Assembly: GCA_041661275.1 (NCBI GenBank)
Contig: JBAZUU010000004.1
Location: forward strand, 7,480-71,479
Length of the DNA: 64,000 nucleotides
Source of the DNA: Parcubacteria group bacterium
GTDB lineage: Bacteria > Patescibacteriota > Minisyncoccia > Moranbacterales > UBA2206
Direction of reading: 5' to 3'
Position 1 is the first letter of the stretch. Each line of letters opens with the position of its first letter. The translations under genes were made by a program, and so were the position numbers. This document shows positions 1 to 9,331 of this stretch, in pieces. The notes under the pieces are model-generated. The model made no database searches and was not told the origin of the DNA. It was given only the letters and a program-made list of their open reading frames with translations.

Positions 1-187
1 GATACCGCATTTATCGATTATCAGCATCAAAAACAGGAAAAAACAATGATAAGTGACGAAGAATTGGATAAAATTAAAAATGACAGAAAAGACGAGAAAA
101 AAACGAAAAAGCATGGATAAATATCTAAAAATGATGTATAATATAGTCCCTAAGAAAGAAGAAAGAATAAAGAAGTAAGAAGAAAGT

Positions 188-1384
188 ATGAAAAATATCT
201 TTTATTTTATTAAAGAAAATTACATTTTAGCCAGAAGGAGAAAAATTTCTTCTAAGATTGCTTTTTTGATTATTATTGTTGCTTCCATATCTGCCATAAC
301 AATAGTTAGAATTTATTATTCTCATCTTGTTTTTCCGGAGCCACAGGTAGTAAAAATTGAAAAAAAACCGGAAATAAAACCAGAGGAATGGAAATTCAAT
401 CCCCAGCCGTTTACAATGAAAGAACTAAAGACCCGCGGATGTGTGGCGGACGGAATTTTGTCTGATTACGGTAATGATAGTGAAAATTCCACAAAGCTTA
501 TTAATCGTTCACAATGCGTCTATCTCCACAGAGCCCTTGAAACCTGGGCGGCTCCGCCGGATTTTGAAAAAGCCCGGGAAATCATGAGGGATATCGACAA
601 AAAACATATAGTTTATGGTATGTTTATTGCCGAAGCTATAGACAAAAAAGCTGATTACTATTTTCCGGAGGAAGATAGAAATTTCAGATTCTCCGATATG
701 TGCCGGGGAAGCACGGACAACCGCTGGGGCGAACATACCTGCATTCCTTCGTTCAACAAGCAGGAATATCGCGATTATTTGAAAACAATAACCCATCAGG
801 CTATGGATTTGGGTATCCAGAGCTTTCTTTTCGGACAGATTTATCTCCAGGATCCGGAGGAAAGGAATAAGTCAGAGATATATGATGTTATGAAAGATAT
901 GAGGAAGTATGCCAGCAGCAAGCATATGCAAATTATCATCGGAGCGCAGACAAATAATATGACTAATCAGAAATATCTGGACGCCTTTGACTATATCGAA
1001 GGCGGCGTAGGAATAAACAATGGAGGGAATATCGAAGACGGGCCATGCCTTTCGACAAAGGGTAGTTGCTGGGCGCTTCTGTGGCATCCGAATTATGCGA
1101 GTCGCGCCAAGAATGTTTTTTTGCATCTTGACTGGAGCGGACTCTATTATGATGACATGAGTATATTTGCCCGGATGGATCAAAAGACACGAGTAAATAC
1201 CCTGAAACATCTTTATAACTATTTCACCATGCGCGATATGGGATTTATGATGCCGTATCTTGCCACTATTAATAAAAATGATGATGGGTGCTATGGTCCC
1301 AAAAAAAGATTTTATTCTCCGGATAATAAATATAGTTGTCAGGACGAAAATTTTATCTCGGACATTTTCCTTGGACGACTCTAA
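188..1384 (+). CDS. hypothetical membrane-anchored protein (N-terminal TM helix, Cys-rich extracytoplasmic domain)
   Basis: 398-aa ORF; hydrophobic stretch FLIIIVASISAITIV near the N-terminus; no family recognised. Confidence 0.45.
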   Translation: MKNIFYFIKENYILARRRKISSKIAFLIIIVASISAITIVRIYYSHLVFPEPQVVKIEKKPEIKPEEWKFNPQPFTMKELKTRGCVADGILSDYGNDSENSTKLINRSQCVYLHRALETWAAPPDFEKAREIMRDIDKKHIVYGMFIAEAIDKKADYYFPEEDRNFRFSDMCRGSTDNRWGEHTCIPSFNKQEYRDYLKTITHQAMDLGIQSFLFGQIYLQDPEERNKSEIYDVMKDMRKYASSKHMQIIIGAQTNNMTNQKYLDAFDYIEGGVGINNGGNIEDGPCLSTKGSCWALLWHPNYASRAKNVFLHLDWSGLYYDDMSIFARMDQKTRVNTLKHLYNYFTMRDMGFMMPYLATINKNDDGCYGPKKRFYSPDNKYSCQDENFISDIFLGRL

Positions 1385-1390
1385 AAATGC

Positions 1391-1419
1391 TGGACAAAGC
1401 GGCTTTAATATGCTATACT
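1391..1419 (+). promoter_or_regulatory. sigma70-like promoter (TGGACA-17-TATACT)
   Basis: -35 and -10 hexamers separated by a 17-nt spacer, read directly. Confidence 0.35.
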
Positions 1420-1445
1420 TGATATAGATAGAAAGGAGAAAAGGA

Positions 1446-1477
1446 GACGGGTGAGCCCGTCTTTTTGCTTTTTTTAT
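1446..1477 (+). terminator. GC hairpin plus T-run (gacgggtgagcccgtc + ttttt) about 25 nt after the putative start site; terminator or attenuator
   Basis: perfect 6-bp GC stem with a tetraloop followed by tttttgcttttttt. Confidence 0.5.
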
Positions 1478-1497
1478 GCTGAAAAATCAATAAAAAT

Positions 1498-2292
1498 ATG
1501 AAAACGCTCAAAATGGAAGTATGTATGCTTCCGTCGGGAAACAATAAAAAAATCAAAATAAAGAGAACATTTGAAGGACACTTCCCCGGCCTTATTTGGC
1601 ATATCTTTTCAGGTAGTATTGAAGCGTCTTTCCATGAATGGAAAATCCGATCAAACTGGTTTTGGGAATATTTGAAAAAAAATATAACACTGGAAAGACA
1701 TGTTTTGGAATCAGAAATCAGAATAGTCATTCTTATCTTTCTTAATATCATCGCTTTTTCCTGGATAGTGAACCAAAGGTTTTTTGTTATCAGTCTTCCA
1801 TATAATTATGCTTTTGGAGAAGAGGTAACTGATACAAAAATACCTTTTATCCCCAATGAAAATCCGGATCTGGCCGGAATGACCAGGCTTGATTCGGAAA
1901 GAAAAGATAACAATGATGAAAATAAAAATGAGGAAAGCCAGACAATTATCACTGAACTTAATAAATTAATTTCTTCCCAGGATGAAAGATGCCAGAAGGA
2001 TAAAGAGAATAAGGAGTGCACAGAACTATGCGTGAAAAATGAAGAGGAAATTATTGCTCAAATGAAGGCCGAAGAACGAAAAGGATGGGCTAAATATCTT
2101 TCCGGGAAGCCGAGATTATTGCAACCGAGCGCGCATATTTCCTGCGCTAAAGATACAAAAGGCGCGAGAAGGAGTGATACCAAGGGAAAACACAGAGATG
2201 AGGATTGTTGCCCGGATCCGGACGAATGGCCAAAGCCTGGTTGTCGTTATAGCGCGGCGGGACTGGCGCTTATGATGAAAGGACCAAAATAA
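1498..2292 (+). CDS. hypothetical protein (acidic, Cys-rich C-terminus)
   Basis: 264-aa ORF; start uncertain; no recognisable family. Confidence 0.35.
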   Translation: MKTLKMEVCMLPSGNNKKIKIKRTFEGHFPGLIWHIFSGSIEASFHEWKIRSNWFWEYLKKNITLERHVLESEIRIVILIFLNIIAFSWIVNQRFFVISLPYNYAFGEEVTDTKIPFIPNENPDLAGMTRLDSERKDNNDENKNEESQTIITELNKLISSQDERCQKDKENKECTELCVKNEEEIIAQMKAEERKGWAKYLSGKPRLLQPSAHISCAKDTKGARRSDTKGKHRDEDCCPDPDEWPKPGCRYSAAGLALMMKGPK

Positions 2293-2293
2293 G

Positions 2294-2923
2294 ATGAGAA
2301 AAAAAATAAAAAAATTTAAGGCAAATTTTCAAAAAGCTTTCTTGGCCAAGACCGAGAAGCTTTTTGCCATTCCTCATCCCAAAGACGCCATAAACATCCT
2401 CTATCTTTTTATGGTCTTTATGTCTTTTTCTTATGGAATACTAATATATATGGCCGGTCAAGCCATAGAGCACGAGAACTATAATGGTAACCCGAGTCCC
2501 CGGAATCCGGGGCTGGAAAGAAAAATAGGCAAGATGACCCACGGTTACCCGATAGAAAAAATGTCTCCTTACATTTCTGAAAAAGATAAAAAAGTAGCTA
2601 CATTTCTCATCGCTATTGGAAAGAAAGAAAGTAACTGGGGTAGGATTTCTCCTAAAAAAGATGGGCGGGAATGTTTCAACTACTGGGGCTATCGCGGTCA
2701 GGAAAATACAACGGCTTCCGGTTATTCCTGTTTCCGCAATCCCCAGCAGGCGGTGAATATTGTCGGCCAAAGAATTCAAGAACTAGTAGATCAGGATTTG
2801 GATACCCCGAGAAAAATGGCGGTCTGGAAATGTGGTTGGGATTGTTCTTGGGACAATCCGGCACAAGTGAGAAAGTGGGTCAGTGACGTCGACTTTTATT
2901 ATCAAAAAATTTACGTAGAATAG
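2294..2923 (+). CDS. hypothetical membrane or secreted protein, possibly a cell-wall hydrolase
   Basis: 209-aa ORF with an N-terminal TM segment; weak E-S-x-W-G-like motif (KESNWG); sits next to the amidase gene. Confidence 0.35.
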   Translation: MRKKIKKFKANFQKAFLAKTEKLFAIPHPKDAINILYLFMVFMSFSYGILIYMAGQAIEHENYNGNPSPRNPGLERKIGKMTHGYPIEKMSPYISEKDKKVATFLIAIGKKESNWGRISPKKDGRECFNYWGYRGQENTTASGYSCFRNPQQAVNIVGQRIQELVDQDLDTPRKMAVWKCGWDCSWDNPAQVRKWVSDVDFYYQKIYVE

Positions 2924-2954
2924 TTTTTCTACTGTTTTATGCTAGAATATTAGC

Positions 2955-3707
2955 ATGAATAAAAAATATATAATCATAATGATATGCGCCGTTTTAATTT
3001 TAGCTCCGGCGCTTTTTTTGTCCGCCAGCTGGCGGACAAAATGGGAAAAGAAAGTAGAGTTTAAAAAAATTCAAAAAATCACAGAAACGGATAATAATAT
3101 AACTTCGGAAAATACTGATTTGGAAAACTTACCGGAAAATAACTCGCCGGAGAATAATAACGATTCTTCTATCCGAGAAAATAAAGCCGCGCAAGAAAAT
3201 GATAATAAGATCGAAGATGAAAATAAAAAATCCGAACCAGTAAGTGTGGCTAAAATTACTAATAGGCTGGTCAGCTGGGGATATGAAAAGGCGGATTCGC
3301 GAAAAATTGATACAATCATTGTTCATTCGACATATAACATCACTTCAAGCGACCCATTTGATCTGGATGCTATCATTTATAAAGAATATAAGCCCTATGG
3401 CGTTTCACCTCACTATATCATCAATCGTGACGGAAAAATTTATCGTCTAGTTGAAGATAAAAATATTGCTTACCATGCCGGGGAATCCAAGATGCCTGAC
3501 GGCCGCACTGGCGTCAATAATTTTTCTATCGGCATTGAACTGGTCAATTCTAAAACTGCCAAGCCGACCGATGAACAATATGCTTCTTTAAAATATCTAA
3601 TTGGATATATTAAGGGCAAATATTCTATAAAATACACCCTTGGCCACAAGGATATCGCCTCCGGCCGCAAAGATGACCCGTGGAATTTTGATTGGGGGAA
3701 AATTTAG
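2955..3707 (+). CDS. N-acetylmuramoyl-L-alanine amidase (amidase_2/PGRP domain) with signal peptide or TM anchor
   Basis: C-terminal domain IDTIIVHSTYN...PHYIINRDGKIY...AYHAG...GIELVN resembles amidase_2 zinc-amidase motifs; N-terminal hydrophobic segment; low-complexity N/E-rich linker. Confidence 0.7.
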   Translation: MNKKYIIIMICAVLILAPALFLSASWRTKWEKKVEFKKIQKITETDNNITSENTDLENLPENNSPENNNDSSIRENKAAQENDNKIEDENKKSEPVSVAKITNRLVSWGYEKADSRKIDTIIVHSTYNITSSDPFDLDAIIYKEYKPYGVSPHYIINRDGKIYRLVEDKNIAYHAGESKMPDGRTGVNNFSIGIELVNSKTAKPTDEQYASLKYLIGYIKGKYSIKYTLGHKDIASGRKDDPWNFDWGKI

Positions 3708-3763
3708 AATAATAAAGCGGTTTAATTGTATTTTTACAGGCAGAGATAAATCATTGAAAGGGG

Positions 3764-4123
3764 GTGATAAACATGCCTATGAAAGAACAAATCAGGACGT
3801 CGAGAGGGCTAAATGTTCTAGCCGGTGTTTGGCTTATTATTTCGCCCTACATCCTGGGTTTTGCCAAAACTTCCGCTGCTACCAATGCTATAATCGTGGG
3901 AATTGTGGTGGGTATTTTGGCGCTTATCAGTGCAACTTCACCCGAATCGGCCATGTGGACAGGTTGGGTCAACATAATCCTGGGAGTTTGGATGATTATT
4001 TCACCTTTCATTTTGGGTTTTGTTGGTGGAGCGGTCGTTATGAATAGCATTATCTTGGGAATTATCGTTATCGCATTATCCGCTTGGAGCTCTTCGACGA
4101 CAGCCAAGTTGGGAACGGCCTAA
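3764..4123 (+). CDS. SPW-repeat membrane protein
   Basis: two repeats WLIISPYILGF / WMIISPFILGF within hydrophobic helices; strong SD (aagggggtgataaac) upstream. Confidence 0.55.
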   Translation: MINMPMKEQIRTSRGLNVLAGVWLIISPYILGFAKTSAATNAIIVGIVVGILALISATSPESAMWTGWVNIILGVWMIISPFILGFVGGAVVMNSIILGIIVIALSAWSSSTTAKLGTA

Positions 4124-4312
4124 GTCTTCTTTTCGCCTATGGGGGAAAAATTAAATCCCGTCGAAAGACAGGGATTTAATTTTGGTTATTTGAGTAATTT
4201 GCTAATTATATGAATTTTAGGGTAGAATAAAAAACCATTGGTTGAAATGAAAGTATATCGGAATTAAAAACCATGTTCTTTTCCATAAACCGAATCTCTA
4301 GGAGGGATTACG

Positions 4313-5845
4313 ATGAAAGATCCAAGAGTGGTGGTTATTGATCTCGGTTCTCAGTACACCCGAGTTATTGGACGTGCTTTAGGAGAGTTGGGCGTTCGCT
4401 CTGTAGTACTGAATGCACAGAAGGCGGAAAGCTGGATCAGAAGGGAGTGGCCAAAAGGTATCATTCTTTCCGGAGGAGACAGTAGCGTCTATGAAAAGAA
4501 TGCCATCTTTCCTCCAGAAATTATTCTCACATTAGGAGTACCAGTACTGGGCATCTGTTACGGGATGCAATGGATGGCTCATGTTCTCGGGGGAAAAGTT
4601 ATTCCCAGTCACGAGGACAAAGAATATGGCGAAGTAACGGCATGTTTTTATCCCAACCCTCTATTTTCTGGTCTGAAAGACAAAAGTGTTGTCTGGACCA
4701 GTCATGGAGACAGCGTGGCTGATGCTCCGCCAGGTTTTTCAGTGATTGCTAGGTCAAAAGAAACAGGAACTATTGCTGGCATGAGCAATAAAGCGCGAAG
4801 GCTTTGGGGGGTCCAATTCCATCCAGAAGTTACCCACACTGAATACGGGAAGGACATGCTTAGCAGGTTTCTTTTCAACATCTGCGGATGTGAAACGGAT
4901 TGGGAACCGAAAGATGCTATCGAAGAGGTGCGGGAAGAATTGCGCTCGCTGACACATCTCCGATTTGTGAGTGGTTTCAGTGGAGGGGTCGATTCAAGTA
5001 CGCTTGCTGCTGTGGTAGCTCCTGTTCTTGGAAATAATGTGAAAGTTTTTACCATCGACAGTGGCGCCTTGAGGGAAAATGAAATTCCTGAAATCCGTGC
5101 CAATGCTAAAGCAGCTGGCGTTCAGCTAAGAGTAGTCCATGCTGCCAGACGTTTTCAAAAAGGAATCGGGCACACCTCCGATGCTGAAACGAAACGGAAG
5201 AGATTTAGCCGGGTTTATGGTGAAATTTCCGCCGAGCAGGCCAAAATGTTTGGAGGTGATAAGCCACTGTGCTTCATCCAAGGAACGCTAGCTACGGACT
5301 TGATCGAGTCAGGCAAAGCTGGCGAGTCGGCGCTTATCAAAACCCATCACAATACCAGACTGAAGCTTCGGGATGTTCAACAGATCCATCCATTTCGACG
5401 ATTTTTCAAACATGAAGTTCGCGATTTGGCCCGGACACTAGGGTTACCTGTTTCTATCAGTGAAAGACAGCCCTTTCCTGGACCGGGACTGTTTATCAGG
5501 GTCTTGGGGAAACCACCAACATTAGACAAGCTAGTCTTGGCTAGGTGGGCTGATGCTAGGGTAGCCGAAGTTCTCATAAGAAAAGGCATCTACAATACTC
5601 TCTCCCAACTCGTTGTCGCCCTTGATTGTACTAAAAGTGTTGGCATCAAAGGAGATGCTCGAGCCTACGGCTATTCGATTCGGGTCCGGGCTGTCCAGAC
5701 GACCGATTTTATGACCGTGAAAGGTGTCCATTTTTCGGAGGAAATTGAGGATGAAATCGAGAGGGTGGTGACAAAGCACCCGCGTATTGTTCAAGTAGGT
5801 TTCTACCCGTGCAATAAACCGCCGGCAACGACCGAATTTGAATAG
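4313..5845 (+). CDS. guaA: GMP synthase (glutamine-hydrolysing)
   Basis: N-terminal class-I glutamine amidotransferase domain followed by an ATP-pyrophosphatase domain (SGGVDSS) and a C-terminal dimerisation domain; strong SD (ctaggagggatt). Confidence 0.9.
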   Translation: MKDPRVVVIDLGSQYTRVIGRALGELGVRSVVLNAQKAESWIRREWPKGIILSGGDSSVYEKNAIFPPEIILTLGVPVLGICYGMQWMAHVLGGKVIPSHEDKEYGEVTACFYPNPLFSGLKDKSVVWTSHGDSVADAPPGFSVIARSKETGTIAGMSNKARRLWGVQFHPEVTHTEYGKDMLSRFLFNICGCETDWEPKDAIEEVREELRSLTHLRFVSGFSGGVDSSTLAAVVAPVLGNNVKVFTIDSGALRENEIPEIRANAKAAGVQLRVVHAARRFQKGIGHTSDAETKRKRFSRVYGEISAEQAKMFGGDKPLCFIQGTLATDLIESGKAGESALIKTHHNTRLKLRDVQQIHPFRRFFKHEVRDLARTLGLPVSISERQPFPGPGLFIRVLGKPPTLDKLVLARWADARVAEVLIRKGIYNTLSQLVVALDCTKSVGIKGDARAYGYSIRVRAVQTTDFMTVKGVHFSEEIEDEIERVVTKHPRIVQVGFYPCNKPPATTEFE

Positions 5846-5957
5846 TCCTCGAAGAATTAAGTTGAGCTCTGGCAGGCTGCGACCCGCCAGAGCTTTTCTA
5901 TTTGCCAGACGGGTGTTATTTAAAGTAAGATTAGGTTATAAGTATACTATAAATCAT

Positions 5958-6557
5958 ATGAACATTTGCATTTTTGGCGCCAGTATTACTTATGGGTACT
6001 ATGACCAAAAAATGGGCGGATATGTCCAGAGAATTCGCCATTATCTTGAAAATAAAAATAAATTTGACGGTCAAATTTTTAATCTGGGAGTTTCTGGTGC
6101 TAGTACGAAAGATATACTGAAAAGATTCGACATTGAGGCAGAGGCAAGAAGGCCGGGATTAATTATTTTTTCTTTAAATACCAATGATACTCAATTTCTG
6201 ATTAAAGAAAATAAGCAAAGAGTGACAATTAAAGATTATGTAAAGAATATAAATGAGTTAATAAATAAAGCCAGAAAATTTACACCAAATATTATTTTCA
6301 TTGGAATCGCAGCAGTTAATGATAATAAAACCAACCCATTGCCTTGGGCAACTAACAAGGTTGTCGGAAATAAAACTATTGAAAAATATAATAATACAGC
6401 TATGAAGATATGCGAAAGAGGGAAAATAAAATTTATCAATCTTTATTCTGAAATGATCAATCTGGACTATAAATCAATGCTTTTTGATGGTCTTCATCCA
6501 AATGCCGAAGGCCATCAATGGATGGCGGAGAGAATAATTAAGGAAATAAATTTATGA
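5958..6557 (+). CDS. SGNH/GDSL-family hydrolase
   Basis: ICIFGASITYG (GDS-like block I) and DGLHPNAEGHQWMA (block V, DxxH); the ORF track begins earlier at 5838 and overlaps guaA, so I take ATG 5958 as the start. Confidence 0.65.
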   Translation: MNICIFGASITYGYYDQKMGGYVQRIRHYLENKNKFDGQIFNLGVSGASTKDILKRFDIEAEARRPGLIIFSLNTNDTQFLIKENKQRVTIKDYVKNINELINKARKFTPNIIFIGIAAVNDNKTNPLPWATNKVVGNKTIEKYNNTAMKICERGKIKFINLYSEMINLDYKSMLFDGLHPNAEGHQWMAERIIKEINL

Positions 6558-7087
6558 AAACATTGATTATTTCAGGTAGTCCAAGAAAGGGAAATACGGA
6601 ATTTATTCTTAGCAAAATCTACAAATCTCTCAGGGGAAATAAAGAACTTATCTTGCTCCGAAATAAAAATATTAAACATTGCTCCGGGTGTTTATATTGT
6701 GATGGGCATAAAAAATGCGCTATTCAGGACGACATGCAGGAAATATACAGAAAATTACTCAAAGCCGATTTAATTATCCTCGGTACTCCAAACTATTTTG
6801 ACAATGTGCCGGGGATAATGAAGGATTTTGTTGACAGAACTAATCCATTTTATGAAACTGACAAATTGAAAGGTAAAAAAGTTATTTCAATTGTTGTTGG
6901 AGGCGGAAAAGTCAATAACTCCAAACGGGTGGGCGAACAAGCCTTGAAATATTTTATAAATGGCCATCAAATGAAATCGGTGGGGAAATATTATTTTCAG
7001 GCATTATATCCCAAGGATATTGAAAATAATCCCGAAGCTATCAGCGAAGCGGGTAAAATTATTAAAAAAATTAACACAATAAGGTAA
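6554..7087 (+). CDS. NADPH-dependent FMN reductase / iron-sulfur flavoprotein (flavodoxin-like)
   Basis: MKTLIISGSPRKGNT motif and a CSGCLYCDGHKKC cysteine cluster; 4-bp overlap with the upstream gene. Confidence 0.6.
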   Translation: MKTLIISGSPRKGNTEFILSKIYKSLRGNKELILLRNKNIKHCSGCLYCDGHKKCAIQDDMQEIYRKLLKADLIILGTPNYFDNVPGIMKDFVDRTNPFYETDKLKGKKVISIVVGGGKVNNSKRVGEQALKYFINGHQMKSVGKYYFQALYPKDIENNPEAISEAGKIIKKINTIR

Positions 7088-7091
7088 ATGT

Positions 7092-7445
7092 ATGGGCATT
7101 AAAGTTGAATTTAATCCTGATCTGGCGCTTCGAGACATTTCGGAATATAAAAAAGGAAGCAGAAAAATTGAAGAATGCATTCCTGATCCATTGGAAGAAG
7201 GGAAAACATATGATTTTTTGAAAAAAGACCAGAGAAATTATTGGATATATGGAGAGATTCCACTGATTGAAACAAAAGGCAATGAAGTGCTTTCGCGTCC
7301 CAAAGCCAGTATCCAAATTTTGGAAGCGACGCATTTTTGCGTGGATGGTATTATGTATACCAAGGGGAAATATCAGGTTAAGGAAGTATTTAAAGATGAC
7401 GATATTCATTTTGAATGTTTTGATAAACTAGGAGTTAGAAAATAA
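7092..7445 (+). CDS. hypothetical protein
   Basis: 117-aa ORF packed tightly within the hydrolase gene run. Confidence 0.4.
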   Translation: MGIKVEFNPDLALRDISEYKKGSRKIEECIPDPLEEGKTYDFLKKDQRNYWIYGEIPLIETKGNEVLSRPKASIQILEATHFCVDGIMYTKGKYQVKEVFKDDDIHFECFDKLGVRK

Positions 7446-7449
7446 TTTT

Positions 7450-8088
7450 ATGAAAATAAAAGTAATCCTCTTTGATTTTGGGCGGGTCTTGGCGGATTTT
7501 GATTTTATGAATTTTGCAAGAATTGTTGAAAAATTTTCTCTTTTATCCGCGGAAGAAATAGTGAAAAAAACAGTGGATAATAAACCGATGTCCAGATTTC
7601 AAAAAGGGCAAACTAGCCCGATGGAATTTTTTAGGGAGATGAAAAAAGAATTGAAAATGTCAGGTATGAAATATCAACAATTTAAATTTGCCTGGAACGC
7701 AGTGCTGGTTCATCCGGATAAAAAAACAGAAAAAATACTTTCCAGGATTAAACCAGATGTGAAAATATTAATTTTGTCTACCAACGATGCTTTACATTGG
7801 GGAAAAGAAAACAAATACAAAATGGTCAAAAGATATTTTCCTCTTTCCTGCCAAAGAGTACTGTCTCACAAAGTCGGGGCAGAAAAACCAGAGCTTAAAA
7901 TATACAAAAAAGCGCTTGGCCGCTATAACATTCCCGCTTCGCAGACTCTTTATATTGATGACAATAGGACGTATCTGGAAGCGTTTCAAAAATTGGGCGG
8001 CAATACGATATATTACAGTTGTCGGCTGCATTCGTTTGATTATTTAACAAGGGAACTGAATGAGTTCGGGGTTTTGAATAAAAATTAA
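7450..8088 (+). CDS. HAD-superfamily hydrolase
   Basis: N-terminal motif I ILFDFGRVL (DxG variant) and C-terminal YIDDN motif. Confidence 0.65.
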   Translation: MKIKVILFDFGRVLADFDFMNFARIVEKFSLLSAEEIVKKTVDNKPMSRFQKGQTSPMEFFREMKKELKMSGMKYQQFKFAWNAVLVHPDKKTEKILSRIKPDVKILILSTNDALHWGKENKYKMVKRYFPLSCQRVLSHKVGAEKPELKIYKKALGRYNIPASQTLYIDDNRTYLEAFQKLGGNTIYYSCRLHSFDYLTRELNEFGVLNKN

Positions 8089-8098
8089 AATAACAAAT

Positions 8099-8377
8099 AT
8101 GGAAATAAAAAGTTTATTACAAACAAGCCGGGAAATTTGGGGCGGTAAAAAATTATCACTTGGAGAAATTATCGTCAGAACGGGAAAAATTTTTGGTGAT
8201 ATTTGTCGTTGGGAACGCGATGCCGCAAAAGACAAGGATACGCATACGGAAGAAGAAATAAAAAAGGAATTAGGGAATATGATATTTTGTACGATCAAAT
8301 GGTACGATGATTTGGGCTATGATCCGGAAGAATGCATCGAATTGGCCATTGAGTGTCAGAAGAATTTTAAAAAATAA
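8099..8377 (+). CDS. MazG-like nucleotide pyrophosphohydrolase domain protein
   Basis: 92 aa; LGEIIVRTGKIFGDICRWERD...EEIKKELGNMIFCTIKWYDDLG resembles the MazG/NTP-PPase EExxE helix pair. Confidence 0.5.
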   Translation: MEIKSLLQTSREIWGGKKLSLGEIIVRTGKIFGDICRWERDAAKDKDTHTEEEIKKELGNMIFCTIKWYDDLGYDPEECIELAIECQKNFKK

Positions 8378-8383
8378 CAAAAA

Positions 8384-8400
8384 CCCCCGTTTATAGGGGG
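8384..8400 (+). terminator. hairpin cccccgtttataggggg after the MazG-like gene
   Basis: 5-bp G/C stem preceded by an A-run; weak T-run downstream. Confidence 0.35.
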
Positions 8401-8498
8401 AATAGCCTATCCCTTGCGGGAGACCTGCCATACGGACAGTGTTCGGCTATTGCTAATCCTATTATAGCACATAATATCATCAGCCAGCGCTTTTTTAC

Positions 8499-8527
8499 TT
8501 GCGCGAGACAATTAGCAGTGGTATAAT
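8499..8527 (+). promoter_or_regulatory. promoter (ttgcgc...17...tataat) in front of the DUF3800 pseudogene
   Basis: consensus -10 TATAAT at 8522-8527 with a TTGCGC -35. Confidence 0.4.
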
Positions 8528-8554
8528 ATCACTATAGCTAATTATTTTTTAAAA

Positions 8555-9331
8555 ATGCCCACAAATAAACATTTTAGAGATATAAAAACTGGATTTTGCT
8601 TTCTTGATGAAACCGGACTCATTCATAGTGAACAGGATAGATTTTTTGCTCTGGGAATAATAAAATGTAATGATCCACAAAAATTATATAACAGGATAAG
8701 AAAGGTAAGAAGCAGATATAGATATGGCTAAGAACTAAAATGGTCTAATCTTGATCGAAAAATACGCTTTGATATAGCCAGAGAATTTGTTAATATATTT
8801 CTAACAGAGGACGCGAAATTTAATTGTATCATTCTTGATAAAAGTGAACTGGATTTTGAAAAATATTACGACAATAATCTATATAAAGTTTATAGGAATT
8901 TCACTATAGCTCTTTTGAAGTTAATTATCGGAAATAATCCTCAGGAAGTCCTAGTTGTTTTGGCTGATGATTATTTTTCTCCCGACGGAACCGACTTGGA
9001 AATTACGATTAAAAAATTCATTAATGATCACTATAAAAGGTTTGTTGTTGCTGGTGTATGTCAGATAAATTCCAAATGTTCAGATATTTTACAATTAACA
9101 GACTTACTTCTCGGAGCTATAGCCTATGATTTGAAAAAACAAAATAAACTAATAAAAAGGCAGACTGAATATAAAAGAAAATTTTTGAACTTTTTATATC
9201 AAAAACTGAAAATAAAAAAATCTTTTTTCAAAAATGGATTCGGTTTTAATACGAGAAATTATGTTCTGTCGGGAGATAAAATTAGAGCAACCATTTTTGA
9301 TTACCGCAGATCCAAGAGGAGGCGAAAATAA
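8555..9331 (+). pseudogene. DUF3800-family gene disrupted by frame changes and in-frame stops
   Basis: N-terminal part GFCFLDETG in frame 2 ends at TAA 8705; the middle segment ELKWSNLDRK... is in frame 1 (8731-8886); the C-terminal part ...CQINSKCSDILQLTDLLLGAIAY (DUF3800 DSKxSxxLQLADLLAGA-like motif) is back in frame 2 (8882-9331). Confidence 0.5.

Noticed and set aside
8705-8730. In-frame TAA codons inside the DUF3800 gene as possible stop-codon recoding
   Set aside because: TAA, TAG and TGA each terminate well-conserved genes at the expected lengths in this window (rpoB TAA, guaA TAG, rplW TGA). The DUF3800 locus also has two frame changes, so decay is the simpler explanation.
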